64,000 bases of DNA from a virus: IMG/VR virus record IMGVR_UViG_3300045918_000131, positions 30,249-94,248 of that record. One strand, given 5' to 3'. Below the pieces are notes generated by a model, which saw nothing but the letters and a program-made list of their open reading frames with translations, was not told the origin of the DNA and searched no databases. The first letter of the stretch is position 1, and the number at the start of each line of letters is the position of its first letter. Made by a program: the position numbers and the translations under genes. Below are positions 19,006 to 29,608 of this stretch, piece after piece.

Positions 19006-19716
19006 TTAACGTCTTTCGCGTCCTACTGGAGCACCCATGGATGGATCTTCTGATGTTGCCATATCCGCCGATGGTTCTTCTGCGGTTGCTACATCTCCGT
19101 CGGTTGCTATATCCGCAGTTTGTGCATCTCCTGGCATACCCATTGGAGCAGTCTCTCCTTCGCCCGACAGTGTGCGTGTTGAATTATCTAGTTGATCACG
19201 TGCTTGACTTAATTGTTGCAATAGTGTGCCTAATAACTGTCCCACTGAGATCTTGAATGTGTCGCCCTCAACAGCGCCGATTTGATCTCTGATAGAGTCG
19301 ATTAACGCTGGTAATTGCTCATTTTGCATTTTACCTACTTTTTCTATCATATCCTGAACTGAATCTACCATATCTTTAGCGGCTAACATTACTTCTGCTT
19401 GTCCTAGTTCGCCCTCATATATCTTACGTCTTTGCTCTTGTAATTTACGCGATTCTTGTAATTTGTAAGCGTCAACCCAACGAGATAAACCTTCGTATAC
19501 TATTAACATCTCAAGATACTGTGGATCTTGTTCAGCTGTATGTACAGCACTTGATTTGCGTATTGAATTAACTGTTTCCATAATTTTACCACGCATCGTT
19601 TCTGCTTTGCGTAAAGTAATATTATTGTAATTGATTGAGAACCCAAATCTAGACTCGATAACTTTGTTAAGTTGCTTTGCTGTAGGGGTTTTTGGGATAA
19701 ATTGATCTAGTTTCAT
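19006..19716 (-). CDS. Helical coiled-coil head-associated (scaffold/core-like) protein
   Basis: Coiled coils, acidic tail, LQE/IYE sites, TAAATA upstream. Confidence 0.55.
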   Translation of the reverse strand: MKLDQFIPKTPTAKQLNKVIESRFGFSINYNNITLRKAETMRGKIMETVNSIRKSSAVHTAEQDPQYLEMLIVYEGLSRWVDAYKLQESRKLQEQRRKIYEGELGQAEVMLAAKDMVDSVQDMIEKVGKMQNEQLPALIDSIRDQIGAVEGDTFKISVGQLLGTLLQQLSQARDQLDNSTRTLSGEGETAPMGMPGDAQTADIATDGDVATAEEPSADMATSEDPSMGAPVGRERR

Positions 19717-19783
19717 GTTCTTCTTTCCTTAAATATGCATATATGTTATTTAGTCAAAGTTAAAAAAATTGTAAATTTCTTAG

Positions 19784-20287
19784 TCACTTGATGATAACAT
19801 ACTTTTTAACAATTTCTAAATAACTTAATAGTTCTCGCCTATATAGTTTCAAACTATCACTACATGTAGAATAACGACTACTATATAGACTTATTTTAAA
19901 CTCGTCGTTGTTTATATGTGCATTGTCTAACCTTGCCCTATATAACAACTTGTCTAAATCTAATTTACTAACTATTCTATCTAATTTAAGTAATGTTTCT
20001 GCTTCGATTATTTTATTTAGATGTAATAACGCACAATAAAATATTGCACTACGTTTTTCTGTAAAGTCATTATTATTAACATACCAACAGTGATCTGATA
20101 TCTTTTCTATTAGATAGGTTGCAACTAAAAAATTACCGTTACTTAAAGCAATACATATTGGATATTGACTATTCTTCTGTAGGTCAGATATTTCTTGCCG
20201 AGTCCAAGATTTTACTCTAGTGAACCCATATGATTCTATTCTATCCATCGTTTTAGATGGTTTACCTAATTTTTTTCGTGTATTCAA
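19784..20287 (-). CDS. Hypothetical phage protein
   Basis: 167-aa ORF in operon. Confidence 0.6.
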   Translation of the reverse strand: MNTRKKLGKPSKTMDRIESYGFTRVKSWTRQEISDLQKNSQYPICIALSNGNFLVATYLIEKISDHCWYVNNNDFTEKRSAIFYCALLHLNKIIEAETLLKLDRIVSKLDLDKLLYRARLDNAHINNDEFKISLYSSRYSTCSDSLKLYRRELLSYLEIVKKYVIIK

Positions 20288-20474
20288 TTTTACCCTGCGA
20301 ATTCTTTTTTCTTTTTAACACGGATTTACTTACTAGTTGATTTGCTATAATCTGTTCTCGTTCGTCAAATTTTGATTTCAGTATTACCTGTGTATCATCG
20401 AACTTTTTCAGTAGCTCTGATTCCTCATTATTGATCATTATGTTAATTTTAGTTAATAATTCTACTATTTTCAT
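20262..20474 (-). CDS. Small conserved-looking phage protein
   Basis: MKIVELL...NEE...EREQIIANQLV.K.VL.R. Confidence 0.65.
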   Translation of the reverse strand: MKIVELLTKINIMINNEESELLKKFDDTQVILKSKFDEREQIIANQLVSKSVLKRKKNSQGKIEYTKKIR

Positions 20475-20483
20475 TTTTTGTTC

Positions 20484-20915
20484 CTAAATTCTTATAGATT
20501 CAAAGTATGTATTTGTATCTGGGCCTGATACACAAAATGCATGAGTAGGTATAATTACAGACTCGTCTAATCCTAATATTACAGGAACGTTAGTAAAATC
20601 CTCTTCCAATGCTCCAAATAAGCTATTTGAATTAGAATATACCGCAGCTTGTTCAACCCCAAATTTAAAAGTCCATACAGCTTGACTACCTGTAAAATTA
20701 CTGCCAAATCTAGAGTTAGTAATATTTAATTGTAACACTTCAGGTACACTCATTGTTAATAACTGTGTTCGTAATCCTAAACATTGTAATACTGCTTCAA
20801 AATTTCGTTGTTGATTACGCTGTTTTGAATTGCCAGCTACTACATTTGTTTGTGTGATATCTACTAAAGTCCATCCTACAGCTAAGTGCAATAAAATACT
20901 ATCGTCATTATTCAT
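20484..20915 (-). CDS. Hypothetical phage protein
   Basis: TLVDITQT...RNQQRNF...GLRTQ...W.F.F.VE. Confidence 0.65.
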   Translation of the reverse strand: MNNDDSILLHLAVGWTLVDITQTNVVAGNSKQRNQQRNFEAVLQCLGLRTQLLTMSVPEVLQLNITNSRFGSNFTGSQAVWTFKFGVEQAAVYSNSNSLFGALEEDFTNVPVILGLDESVIIPTHAFCVSGPDTNTYFESIRI

Positions 20916-20964
20916 ATTATGAAAATCCTATTAATAGTATTTATTGTCAAAAATTTTAGTCAAA

Positions 20965-20996
20965 ATAAAACCCTAATTTTTCAACTAGGGTTTTAT
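20965..20996 (-). terminator. Rho-independent terminator-like hairpin
   Basis: ATAAAACCCTA...TAGGGTTTTAT inverted repeat downstream of 21020. Confidence 0.65.
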
Positions 20997-21019
20997 AGAT
21001 CTTCTACGTTATGGTGATA

Positions 21020-21358
21020 TTAAGCAAACATCATTCCGCCAGTACTTGTTACTACAGCACCAGTTAAACCAGCAGCAACTACGGCAGCAGTAGCAGCAGC
21101 ATCACTTGCAAAACCATGTGATTCCATCAATACGCTTAATTGATCAGCATCTGCTTGATAAGCAATAACTGTACCACCAATGCATAATGCACGGATTGCT
21201 GTTTCTACTTGACCGTCAACACCTGTGCCAGCACCAATGCCAGTTAATACTACTTTGAAAGCTGTTGGGTGCTTTCCAATACCAGTAGATACAATCTTGC
21301 CTGAATCTACGTTTACTACACCCCTTGAATCGCCATGAACGCGTGATAAAATAGCCAT
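21020..21358 (-). CDS. Small Ala/Gly-rich virion protein (possible capsid decoration)
   Basis: Own TATAAATA late promoter (~21400), AGGAG RBS and terminator. Confidence 0.6.
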   Translation of the reverse strand: MAILSRVHGDSRGVVNVDSGKIVSTGIGKHPTAFKVVLTGIGAGTGVDGQVETAIRALCIGGTVIAYQADADQLSVLMESHGFASDAAATAAVVAAGLTGAVVTSTGGMMFA

Positions 21359-21454
21359 TTTTTTCTCCTAATTAAATTGTAGTTAAAAACTACATACACT
21401 TATTTATACCGATTGGCATTTAATTAAGTACTATGTTAATTATTACCAAAATTA

Positions 21455-22129
21455 TTAGCCAATAACCCAAGGGTCAACGATAACGGGAGTATTATTTCTT
21501 AGCATGTAATTACCTTGATGTAAGTCAAAATTCCAACCGTAATCGTATCCTATTCTGTCTATATCAAACACTGTTTGAACTAGTAACTCTAAATGTTTTC
21601 CTGCTATCTTTTTGAGTTGTTTGTAGTATATTACATTATCAAAAGAACTATCAAACATATATTCGTAATAACCTTCATGGATGTTCGATCTAGAGTAGTA
21701 TGCACTATTCTCCGTAATATATTCTGACAGTGATAATAAGGCTTCGCCATACTGTCCGGCTTCTGTTAAACGTTCCATACGTATCTGTAGGTACATACGT
21801 TCGTCAAATATAAACTTCTCAAAACCATCAAACCTTGGCAAAAAAGGATTGTTACTATTTTTACAGTAGTTAGCCCAAAATACAAACATCTCTTGATCGC
21901 TGCTTAATTGTGAACTACTTTCACCAAACGTGTTGGTTTCTTTTGTTCCAAATATTTTAAGTACCTTACCTGTTCCAGGCTCTAAAAAAGCTGTTTGATC
22001 GGCTCCAGCAAAACCAAGTTGTTTATATCCTTTTTGACGTAGTACTTTGTATATATCAGAATGTGTGGAAGACTATTCTTCTAGATTTTCTTCCTCAATT
22101 ATTGATACCTTTAGATCTTGTATTCTCAT
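21455..22129 (-). pseudogene. Protein-kinase-like gene with an in-frame TAG at codon 19
   Basis: MRIQDLKVSIIEEENLEE*SSTH...GYKQLGFAGAD...VLKIFG...DLHQGNYM...IVDPW; the paralog 28945 has Trp at the TAG (22073-22075). Confidence 0.8.
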
Positions 22130-24339
22130 TTAACTACTCCTTTTGCAACAAACATTGTAAAATCTTCTATAGATAACGGTTTACTAAAAAGATATCCTTG
22201 ATAATACTTACAACCGTAATCAAACAATGTTTGTCTTTGTTCTTCGGTCTCGACACCTTCGGCAATAACTTCTAACCCCAAGCCCTGTGCCATTGCTATA
22301 ATAGTTTTAACTATAGCTTTATCGTTGTTACTGAATTGTAAATCTCTAACAAAAGATTTATCTATTTTGAGCTGATTTAATGGTAATATTTTTAAATATT
22401 GTAAGGAAGAAAATCCGGTTCCAAAGTCATCTAATGAAAAGTGTATACCTAGTTTCCTTAATTGATTAATGACAGATATTGATGTATCTACATTTTCTAA
22501 TAATATACTCTCTGTAGGTTCTAATTTAAGCAATGTTGTGTCGAATTGATATTTATGTATTAATTTATGTACATTAGATACAAAATTAGGATCTAAGAAT
22601 TGTTTTGCACTTACGTTAACAGATATAGTTAATTTTTGCGTAGTAACGTCATCTTTCCATAGCGTTAGTTGCTTACAGGCAGCTTCTAATACCCAATATC
22701 CTATGGGAATAATTAACCCTGTATCTTCTGCTACGGGAATAAAAACTATCGGAGATATTTCTAATTCTTGTTTATTAGAATTCCATCTAAGTAATGCTTC
22801 TGCACCAATTATATTATAATTTTCGTCGACTTGCGCCTGGTAGTGTAATGTAAACTCATTATTGTCAATAGCTGTTCTAAGTTTACTTTCTATATAAACC
22901 CTAGATGTAATATATGCTTGCATTTTTGGATCAAAAAATCGAATTGTGTTTTTACCTGCCTTTTTAGCTTGGTACATGGCAATATCTGCCTGTCTTAATA
23001 TATCATCTACTTCACTAGTTTCTTGATTAAACAATGTGGCACCTATACTTGCAGTTATATTATAACTGCAATTTGGTAATATAATTTCGTCAATTAAAGA
23101 CGTTAAAATTTTATTACTATATAGTTCTACTTGTGCGGCTGCTACTTGTAAGTTAACATCTAAATCGTGTAACATAACTACAAACTCGTCGCCGCCAAAA
23201 CGGGCGACAGTATGTCCTACACGTAAACATTTCTCAATACGCCATGCTACTTGTTGTAACATAGTGTCCCCAATAACATATCCAAGCGACTCGTTCAAAT
23301 ATTTAAAGTTATCTAAATCTATGAATAATACTGCTCCGTACTTATTATTTAACGACGTGTTAGATAAGGCTACCTGTAATCTATCTAATAACAATCTTTT
23401 ATTAGGTAAACGTGTAAGCGTATCATAAAAGGCTAATAATTGTATTTCATCAGCAGCATCTTTATTGATTTTAATATCGGTTACTGTAGCGATGTAATTA
23501 GTTATAGTACCAAAAGAATTTTTAACAGCGGAAATATGTAAATGTTCTGGATATAACTCTCCGTTCTTACGTTTATTCCATATTTCCCCGCTCCAAAATC
23601 CTAGTTTATTAATTTCTGCCCATAGTCTAGTGTAAAATTCTTTCGTGTGTCTACCAGAACTAAAGATTCTAGGGTTCTTACCTAATAGCTCGTGTTCTGA
23701 AAATCCTGTGATATTACAAAAAGATTGATTTACACGTAATATATTAGCTTGAGCATCTGTTACTATCATACCAACTTGCGAATTAAAAATCACAGCGGAT
23801 ATCTTCTCTTCTAAGAATCTTTTATTACGATCCGTAATATCATCTAACATCATGCATAAAGTTGTACCATTTAACGTAGTCTTTAAACGACAGTTAACTT
23901 TACCATGCCTGATTGATTCGTTTAAAATAAAGTCTATATCAATTGAATGTTTTTGTGTATTATTTTTATCTATCATTATACTATCAAAGAAGTGTATCCA
24001 TAGATCTTTATCTGCTATATGTTGTTTAAAACAACACCCAATGGCTGTATTCTTAGTAATTCCCAAAAGTTCGCACCCTGCATTATTGATATCTTGAATT
24101 TCACCACTGATCGACAATGAAAGGTAAGCTATAGGAGCAGTTTCAAACATAGTAACATAATCATCATGCGATTGAATTAATTTTACATGAGATAGCTTTA
24201 ATTCTTCTAGTTGATTTTTTAACTCAAATTGACATTTTTCGCTTTCACGTAAAAGACGCTTGTAATTAACGGTTACTGGGTTAGTATCGTTATCTAAGGG
24301 GTCACATTTGTTTGTATTTGTGTTGTGGATTTTATTCAT
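22126..24339 (-). CDS. PAS-PAS-GGDEF-EAL c-di-GMP signalling protein
   Basis: PAS (VNQSF..ITGFS..E..GKNP, WSGEIWN), DLDNFK, FGGDEF, AEALLRW, DDFGTGFSS, KIDKSFV, AEGVE, QGYLF. Confidence 0.95.
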   Translation of the reverse strand: MNKIHNTNTNKCDPLDNDTNPVTVNYKRLLRESEKCQFELKNQLEELKLSHVKLIQSHDDYVTMFETAPIAYLSLSISGEIQDINNAGCELLGITKNTAIGCCFKQHIADKDLWIHFFDSIMIDKNNTQKHSIDIDFILNESIRHGKVNCRLKTTLNGTTLCMMLDDITDRNKRFLEEKISAVIFNSQVGMIVTDAQANILRVNQSFCNITGFSEHELLGKNPRIFSSGRHTKEFYTRLWAEINKLGFWSGEIWNKRKNGELYPEHLHISAVKNSFGTITNYIATVTDIKINKDAADEIQLLAFYDTLTRLPNKRLLLDRLQVALSNTSLNNKYGAVLFIDLDNFKYLNESLGYVIGDTMLQQVAWRIEKCLRVGHTVARFGGDEFVVMLHDLDVNLQVAAAQVELYSNKILTSLIDEIILPNCSYNITASIGATLFNQETSEVDDILRQADIAMYQAKKAGKNTIRFFDPKMQAYITSRVYIESKLRTAIDNNEFTLHYQAQVDENYNIIGAEALLRWNSNKQELEISPIVFIPVAEDTGLIIPIGYWVLEAACKQLTLWKDDVTTQKLTISVNVSAKQFLDPNFVSNVHKLIHKYQFDTTLLKLEPTESILLENVDTSISVINQLRKLGIHFSLDDFGTGFSSLQYLKILPLNQLKIDKSFVRDLQFSNNDKAIVKTIIAMAQGLGLEVIAEGVETEEQRQTLFDYGCKYYQGYLFSKPLSIEDFTMFVAKGVVK

Positions 24340-24410
24340 TCTATCTAATCACTCAATATATTAGTTATTTATCCATTGCGATCAGGATAAGATTACTATA
24401 TTTGTTAATA

Positions 24411-25277
24411 TTAATAGTTTGTGGACACAGAATCAAGTGTTTTGAGTTTAATGACATCATCGCCGTCGGTTGTGTCTGATGTCATCAGGTTCAACGTATT
24501 ACGTTTGGAATTCTCAGCTAAGTATTCTAATTCAGGTACACGAGTATGAGTATTATGCGATCCCAATACTACAACGACACGCTTACCAACAGACGTTATT
24601 AGCATTGAAGCAATACAACCACCAGAAGCTCGGATATAACCCGTTTTACTTACAATGAATTTACCAGTACCTACATTGTGATTAGTGTTATTAAATACTA
24701 ACGTTCTAGCATGTATTGACGTCCGATGTCTATGTTTAACATAAATTGCTCTACTAATAGTAATAGAAAAAGAAGAAGTAATAGCAGCTTGTTGAACTTC
24801 TGGATAACTCTGAGCAGCTATTATCGCTAATACTAAGTCGTTAGCTGTTGATACATTCATTATACTCAATCCTGAAGGTTCAACCAATCTAGAATGTATC
24901 ATACCTAAATTCTGTACTTTTGTATTTAACGCCCTAATACATGCTTGTCTACCTCCAGGATAATAATTACATAACATATCAGCTGCTGGATTATTTGAGC
25001 TAACTAACGCCATTTGTATTAATTGACGTCTAGTATAATTTTTAGATACTTTATCGTCTAGATCCTGTTTAGCATCTAATACAATCATAACTGTAATTAA
25101 TTTGCTAATACTTGCTATTGAACGAACTTGATCTGAATTTTCTGATTGAATAACTTTTCCAGAATCATCTGTTACTACCCAGGATTTGGCAGTAATAGGT
25201 ATAGCATAAGCTTGAGCTACTATTGACGACGACAACAACAATAATATAGCACTTGCGGTAAGAATTCTAAACATCAC
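24411..25277 (-). CDS. Serine-type D-Ala-D-Ala peptidase (S11, PBP7-like) with signal peptide
   Basis: SISK (SxxK), SSN (SxN) and KTG motifs; N-terminal signal. Confidence 0.88.
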   Translation of the reverse strand: MMFRILTASAILLLLSSSIVAQAYAIPITAKSWVVTDDSGKVIQSENSDQVRSIASISKLITVMIVLDAKQDLDDKVSKNYTRRQLIQMALVSSNNPAADMLCNYYPGGRQACIRALNTKVQNLGMIHSRLVEPSGLSIMNVSTANDLVLAIIAAQSYPEVQQAAITSSFSITISRAIYVKHRHRTSIHARTLVFNNTNHNVGTGKFIVSKTGYIRASGGCIASMLITSVGKRVVVVLGSHNTHTRVPELEYLAENSKRNTLNLMTSDTTDGDDVIKLKTLDSVSTNY

Positions 25278-25470
25278 GTTACTTTCTATTTGGGTTATAC
25301 CATAAACCTGTATATGGCATTATTAAACTATTTTCTGGAATCATTGATGAGTATCTATCATTTTTCCAATATCCACATATACCGTGTTCTAAATGTGTCA
25401 TCTTCTGTTGGGAACTCTGGATACACAGTTATATCAGATGACATTGGATTAATTACACGCTCTGTCTCGG

Positions 25471-26409
25471 TTACTGTTCTTCTTTCAATGGAGACCACAA
25501 CATAGATTTACTACCTTTTTTGATAGCATTGAACCCGTTCTTCCGGTAGAATCTGGTCAACGCCGCCTGGCTCACTCTACCTTTATCCCAAGGAAATAAG
25601 GTTAACACAATACTATCATTATGTGCTAATTGCTTTAATATAGTTAATGCTTTTTCACCAACCCCTTGTCTTTGCGGATCAGCCATAATCCATTTAATCT
25701 CAACTGCATCTTTCTTCGTCATACTTGGCTCTAATTCAAATACTGCAAACTGCGATGCTTGTTTTTCATCTTCTGGCCTGATATATTTACCAGTTTCATC
25801 CCATGCCATTACACGTTGGTTATCAGCATATGGCCATTCTTGAAACTGTGCATAGATCTTTTTAATCCACTCTTTAGCTTTATTATTGCCACCAATTTTA
25901 ATACGTATTGGCTCATCAGGTGTATTATCTACATATGGTTCATATTCTTCATCTAATTCCTCATAATCATATTCGCCATTAATTAAATATCCCTTACCAC
26001 CACAACGAAGACATGTTTCTTCATACTCTATGCCAGATCCATAACACATCGGGCATTGTTCTTCATCGGCATCTTCGTCTAATTTGTGACAATATCCCGC
26101 ACCATCTTCATCTAACTCTGTATATTCATCTCGGGCACGGCTTACGTCATTCATCTTACGCATTAACGCTAACCCAAGTTCCTCACTTCCATTTGTGTAT
26201 TCCATAACTGCTTTTGATAAGCGTCTAAACGACATAGTAGCTCTACGTTTTAATTCACCAGTTGTTGGGCATTGACCATTAGCATCCATTGGGGAATTTC
26301 TGGGACGTAGTGCATCGTTTGCAGCACGTTCTTTTTCGTGTAATACCCAGATGTATTCAGGCACAAAACTTGGTGCTATTGTTTCGTTTATTATTTCAGA
26401 TATCTTCAT
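25471..26409 (-). CDS. Leader-bearing multi-module protein: DnaJ-type Zn finger plus C-terminal GNAT
   Basis: MKISEIINE; CPMCYGSG..CLRCGGKG; RQGVG...LTRFYRKNGF; LDE sites between modules. Confidence 0.7.
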   Translation of the reverse strand: MKISEIINETIAPSFVPEYIWVLHEKERAANDALRPRNSPMDANGQCPTTGELKRRATMSFRRLSKAVMEYTNGSEELGLALMRKMNDVSRARDEYTELDEDGAGYCHKLDEDADEEQCPMCYGSGIEYEETCLRCGGKGYLINGEYDYEELDEEYEPYVDNTPDEPIRIKIGGNNKAKEWIKKIYAQFQEWPYADNQRVMAWDETGKYIRPEDEKQASQFAVFELEPSMTKKDAVEIKWIMADPQRQGVGEKALTILKQLAHNDSIVLTLFPWDKGRVSQAALTRFYRKNGFNAIKKGSKSMLWSPLKEEQ

Positions 26410-26411
26410 TC

Positions 26412-27017
26412 TCAATACCCTTCTTTCTTAGCTATTTCTTTCCACTTAGTGGTTAAAGCGGCGGCAATATCTACTGGCATTGCCCATCCATTACGTCTCA
26501 TTATACTTATTAGTTTAACTGCTTGCTCTCTATCACTACTACCTGGCTTACGTGCATTCGCAAAGTCGTTCTTTAAATCATAATCATTGACATTATCGTC
26601 CCATGCACTTACCATGTTTCTACGCAGTCTATCTGCACGGTCTGTTGAATTAGTTTTACTACTCTTATATACTAATTCTAACCATGGTTCAAGGTAACTA
26701 CGTCCAGAGTATGTTTTACCTGTACGTTCTATTCCAGATAAGGTTTCTCTTGGACCTGTAATTGGTACTACTTTGCGGGTATCTTGTAATTGCCAAGCTT
26801 TCTTATCTTCATAAAAGTATGTTTTAATACCATGTGTTTTAGCTACTATTAATAGTTTTCTAACTGCTGCAGGTATTCCTTCACCCCAATTTTTACGTTC
26901 TTTTGCTGTCTCCATAGGCGTAGCATATACATGAATTGCAGTAATACCATTACCTACTGGCATTGATGGTTTTTTACTGAAGATTCTATCCTCAAATATA
27001 AACTCATTTTCTCTCAT
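26412..27017 (-). CDS. Leader-bearing hypothetical protein
   Basis: Begins MRENEFIFE. Confidence 0.7.
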   Translation of the reverse strand: MRENEFIFEDRIFSKKPSMPVGNGITAIHVYATPMETAKERKNWGEGIPAAVRKLLIVAKTHGIKTYFYEDKKAWQLQDTRKVVPITGPRETLSGIERTGKTYSGRSYLEPWLELVYKSSKTNSTDRADRLRRNMVSAWDDNVNDYDLKNDFANARKPGSSDREQAVKLISIMRRNGWAMPVDIAAALTTKWKEIAKKEGY

Positions 27018-27529
27018 TAATTTGTCCTAGTAACTATAGATCCATCTGTTTGGATAATTTGAAATTCAATACTCCAATCCTGTTTTGATAACTTTAGCAA
27101 TATTAACGCTAATGCAGCTTGTGATCCTTCTATACTGTCGTAAAATAAAGTGTCACCGAAAGAAAATCCAACATTTAAGTTATTTGGAAATCCTGTCTTC
27201 TTTCCAGTGATAGTAGATAAAGAATAATCATCATCGGAGTTAATGGGTAGATCTTCTAGTTTTAACAATATATCGCTAGTTGTAATTACTACTAGTTTAG
27301 CTGCATTAACAAATACTAAACCTATTGGGGAATAAAATCTTCCAAGGCTTGGTACTACAGTATTATTTTTCTGTAATACAACAAAGTCTTTAGCATTGTT
27401 GGCATATTCTTTGTCGTTCTCAAATAAACACGATAATTGAACCTGTGCTAAAGTTAATACCCCACGACGGATTAAATCTTCATGAATTAGATCTATATGC
27501 CTAATAGTAACAAATTCATGTGCTCTCAT
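27017..27529 (-). CDS. Leader-bearing protein, family with 31360 and 38949
   Basis: MRAHEF; C-terminal FP...T.F....L.LK.S..W pattern. Confidence 0.65.
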   Translation of the reverse strand: MRAHEFVTIRHIDLIHEDLIRRGVLTLAQVQLSCLFENDKEYANNAKDFVVLQKNNTVVPSLGRFYSPIGLVFVNAAKLVVITTSDILLKLEDLPINSDDDYSLSTITGKKTGFPNNLNVGFSFGDTLFYDSIEGSQAALALILLKLSKQDWSIEFQIIQTDGSIVTRTN

Positions 27530-27532
27530 ACC

Positions 27533-28375
27533 TTAATCCCAATCACTTTCGAACGGACTTACGCCGTTTTGATTAATTTTAACTTTTCCTACTAAGGTAA
27601 GGACGGCTGGATTAAAAAACGCAGAACTTTCGACATCCCACCCATAAGTGAATTCATTACCGCGTCCATAATCATAATGATGCACACAGTCGAAATGCAT
27701 TGCTACTTGGTCCCATGGAAAATCTGAAGTCATAGACCTATACGATTCTTCTCGATCATAAAATTTAGTTGCGCCTCTGCCTAACCTATTAAATATGTCG
27801 TAAATTTCTTCTGCGTGCTGATCATTGTCCATTTCTAATACAGTTACATTATGTGATACTTTATATAAGTACCCGGTTTCATTCATCCACGATGATTGAT
27901 TTTGTGATACCCATCTGACCCAGTCTGATGTATAAGTGCCGTTGTCTAAACGTTTTGCTGTACTGGTCCATAATGCAGCATTATACGGTTTATTATTTCC
28001 TGGGGGTACATTATTTCGTGCGGCAATAACTGGCGAACCTTCGGATATATCTTTCTCTAACCCATTAGTTAGATCGTGATCTGGCGATTTATCAGCCCAA
28101 TCTTGATACGATTGCGCAATTTCGTGGTTATATTCGTCGCCGTCTTTTTCGTAACGGTACCGGCTACTAATATTATCTAAATGTTTATCATATCTAGATT
28201 TTGCACCAGGATGTGGTCTAGGCATGAACAACTGATAAGAATTGGCTGGCATTTTACCGTGCCCGTGTTCTTTCCAAAATTGTAATTCTTCATACGCCAA
28301 ATCAACATCCGTCTTAACTATGGCTTGTTCTTTCTTCTTTCTAGAATATTCTGTTATAAATTCGTATGCTCTCAT
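27533..28375 (-). CDS. Leader-bearing protein, possibly ART-like C-terminal domain
   Basis: MRAYEFITE; internal ISE site; LWTSTA...SDW...GWDVES. Confidence 0.6.
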   Translation of the reverse strand: MRAYEFITEYSRKKKEQAIVKTDVDLAYEELQFWKEHGHGKMPANSYQLFMPRPHPGAKSRYDKHLDNISSRYRYEKDGDEYNHEIAQSYQDWADKSPDHDLTNGLEKDISEGSPVIAARNNVPPGNNKPYNAALWTSTAKRLDNGTYTSDWVRWVSQNQSSWMNETGYLYKVSHNVTVLEMDNDQHAEEIYDIFNRLGRGATKFYDREESYRSMTSDFPWDQVAMHFDCVHHYDYGRGNEFTYGWDVESSAFFNPAVLTLVGKVKINQNGVSPFESDWD

Positions 28376-28379
28376 ATAA

Positions 28380-28943
28380 TTATTCCTCAAATACTAATAT
28401 ATATTTATGTACGTTGTTATCTAAAAAATCAGGATTACTGCTACTTATTGCAAATAACTTTTGATTCTCTAGACTAGTTATAGGACCTTTAGTATGAACA
28501 ACGTTACCGTTACCGTCTTCGATATGACATTTAGAGTAAACCGAAGCTAAACGCATTAACATTTTATGTGCTCCATCTTTAGTATTTGTATTGTCGGATT
28601 CTAGAGATTTTCCGGATTTAAGTAACAGCAATAATACATCGGTCATTTGGAAACTTGCGCCGGGCAATTTTCGTATAATTGATAATGCTAACCTAGAATG
28701 TTGCGTTGGCATTTTATGCTCTATATGCCCGACGGTTTCTTTTGTATTTAGATCAGTTATAAACGTATACCCTGTGATATATGTATACTTACTTAGATAC
28801 AATACAACTCTGTAACTACCTATATTACCTAATTCTTTAGGCTTCATAAAGTCATCGTGGTCAATATCGCTTTCGGTCATTCTTGCAAGAATGACGTTAT
28901 TGTTTGACATCTCATACTCGTTAATGAACTCATGCGCTCTCAT
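28380..28943 (-). CDS. Leader-bearing protein, possible degenerate GNAT
   Basis: MRAHEFINE; LESDNTNT.DGAHKML.RL. Confidence 0.6.
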   Translation of the reverse strand: MRAHEFINEYEMSNNNVILARMTESDIDHDDFMKPKELGNIGSYRVVLYLSKYTYITGYTFITDLNTKETVGHIEHKMPTQHSRLALSIIRKLPGASFQMTDVLLLLLKSGKSLESDNTNTKDGAHKMLMRLASVYSKCHIEDGNGNVVHTKGPITSLENQKLFAISSSNPDFLDNNVHKYILVFEE

Positions 28944-28944
28944 A

Positions 28945-29595
28945 TTATTTTCCTGAATGCCTAGGTACTACCCAAGGATCTAATATTACAGGAACATTAC
29001 CTCTCATCATAAAATTTTTCTCATGTAAATCAAGATGCCATTTCATCTTTGTTGAAATTTTTAATAATGAATTGATAGTTGTAGCTAATTTTAATAATCT
29101 ATCATTTCCTAATGCTTCGTGTAGTGTGTTATAATCCTTGGGGTATCGTACATTAAAATAATGAACAATTTTAGGAACATCAAACCCCATCGGTTGTCCT
29201 TCTTTAAATTCATCTGCTAATGTCCATGCCGCCCATCCTAATTTGGTTGCTTGTGTTAACCGTTCCATTCTAATTTGTAAATAAGTACTTTGATCAAATA
29301 CAAAACGTTCATATCCAGAGAACTTAGGTAAAAATTCATTGTCTACGTTTTTCATACAGAATTTGGCCCATATTATGAACATTTGTTGATCTCTACTTAA
29401 TTGTTTACCTTCAGAACCCTTTGTATATGATTTAGTACCAAATATCTTTAACACGTCTTTTGAATTAGGCTCAGAATATGCACTTGCGTCAACACCTTTG
29501 CCTATTCCCTTATATCCTTGTTTTGTTAGTTCAACATCGATACTTGGATTAAAATCGCTCCATTCGTCTAAATTAAACATTTCGTTTAATAACAT
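28945..29595 (-). CDS. Leader-bearing protein-kinase-like enzyme
   Basis: Gly loop IGKGVDA, VLKIF lysine, MERL hinge, DLHEKNFM catalytic loop, ILDPW. Confidence 0.8.
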   Translation of the reverse strand: MLLNEMFNLDEWSDFNPSIDVELTKQGYKGIGKGVDASAYSEPNSKDVLKIFGTKSYTKGSEGKQLSRDQQMFIIWAKFCMKNVDNEFLPKFSGYERFVFDQSTYLQIRMERLTQATKLGWAAWTLADEFKEGQPMGFDVPKIVHYFNVRYPKDYNTLHEALGNDRLLKLATTINSLLKISTKMKWHLDLHEKNFMMRGNVPVILDPWVVPRHSGK

Positions 29596-29608
29596 AATAA
29601 CTCACTTT

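Noticed and set aside
22126-25277. Bacterial contamination or a prophage boundary
   Set aside because: The genes match the backbone AT-richness and strand, and one overlaps a phage-type gene by ATGA
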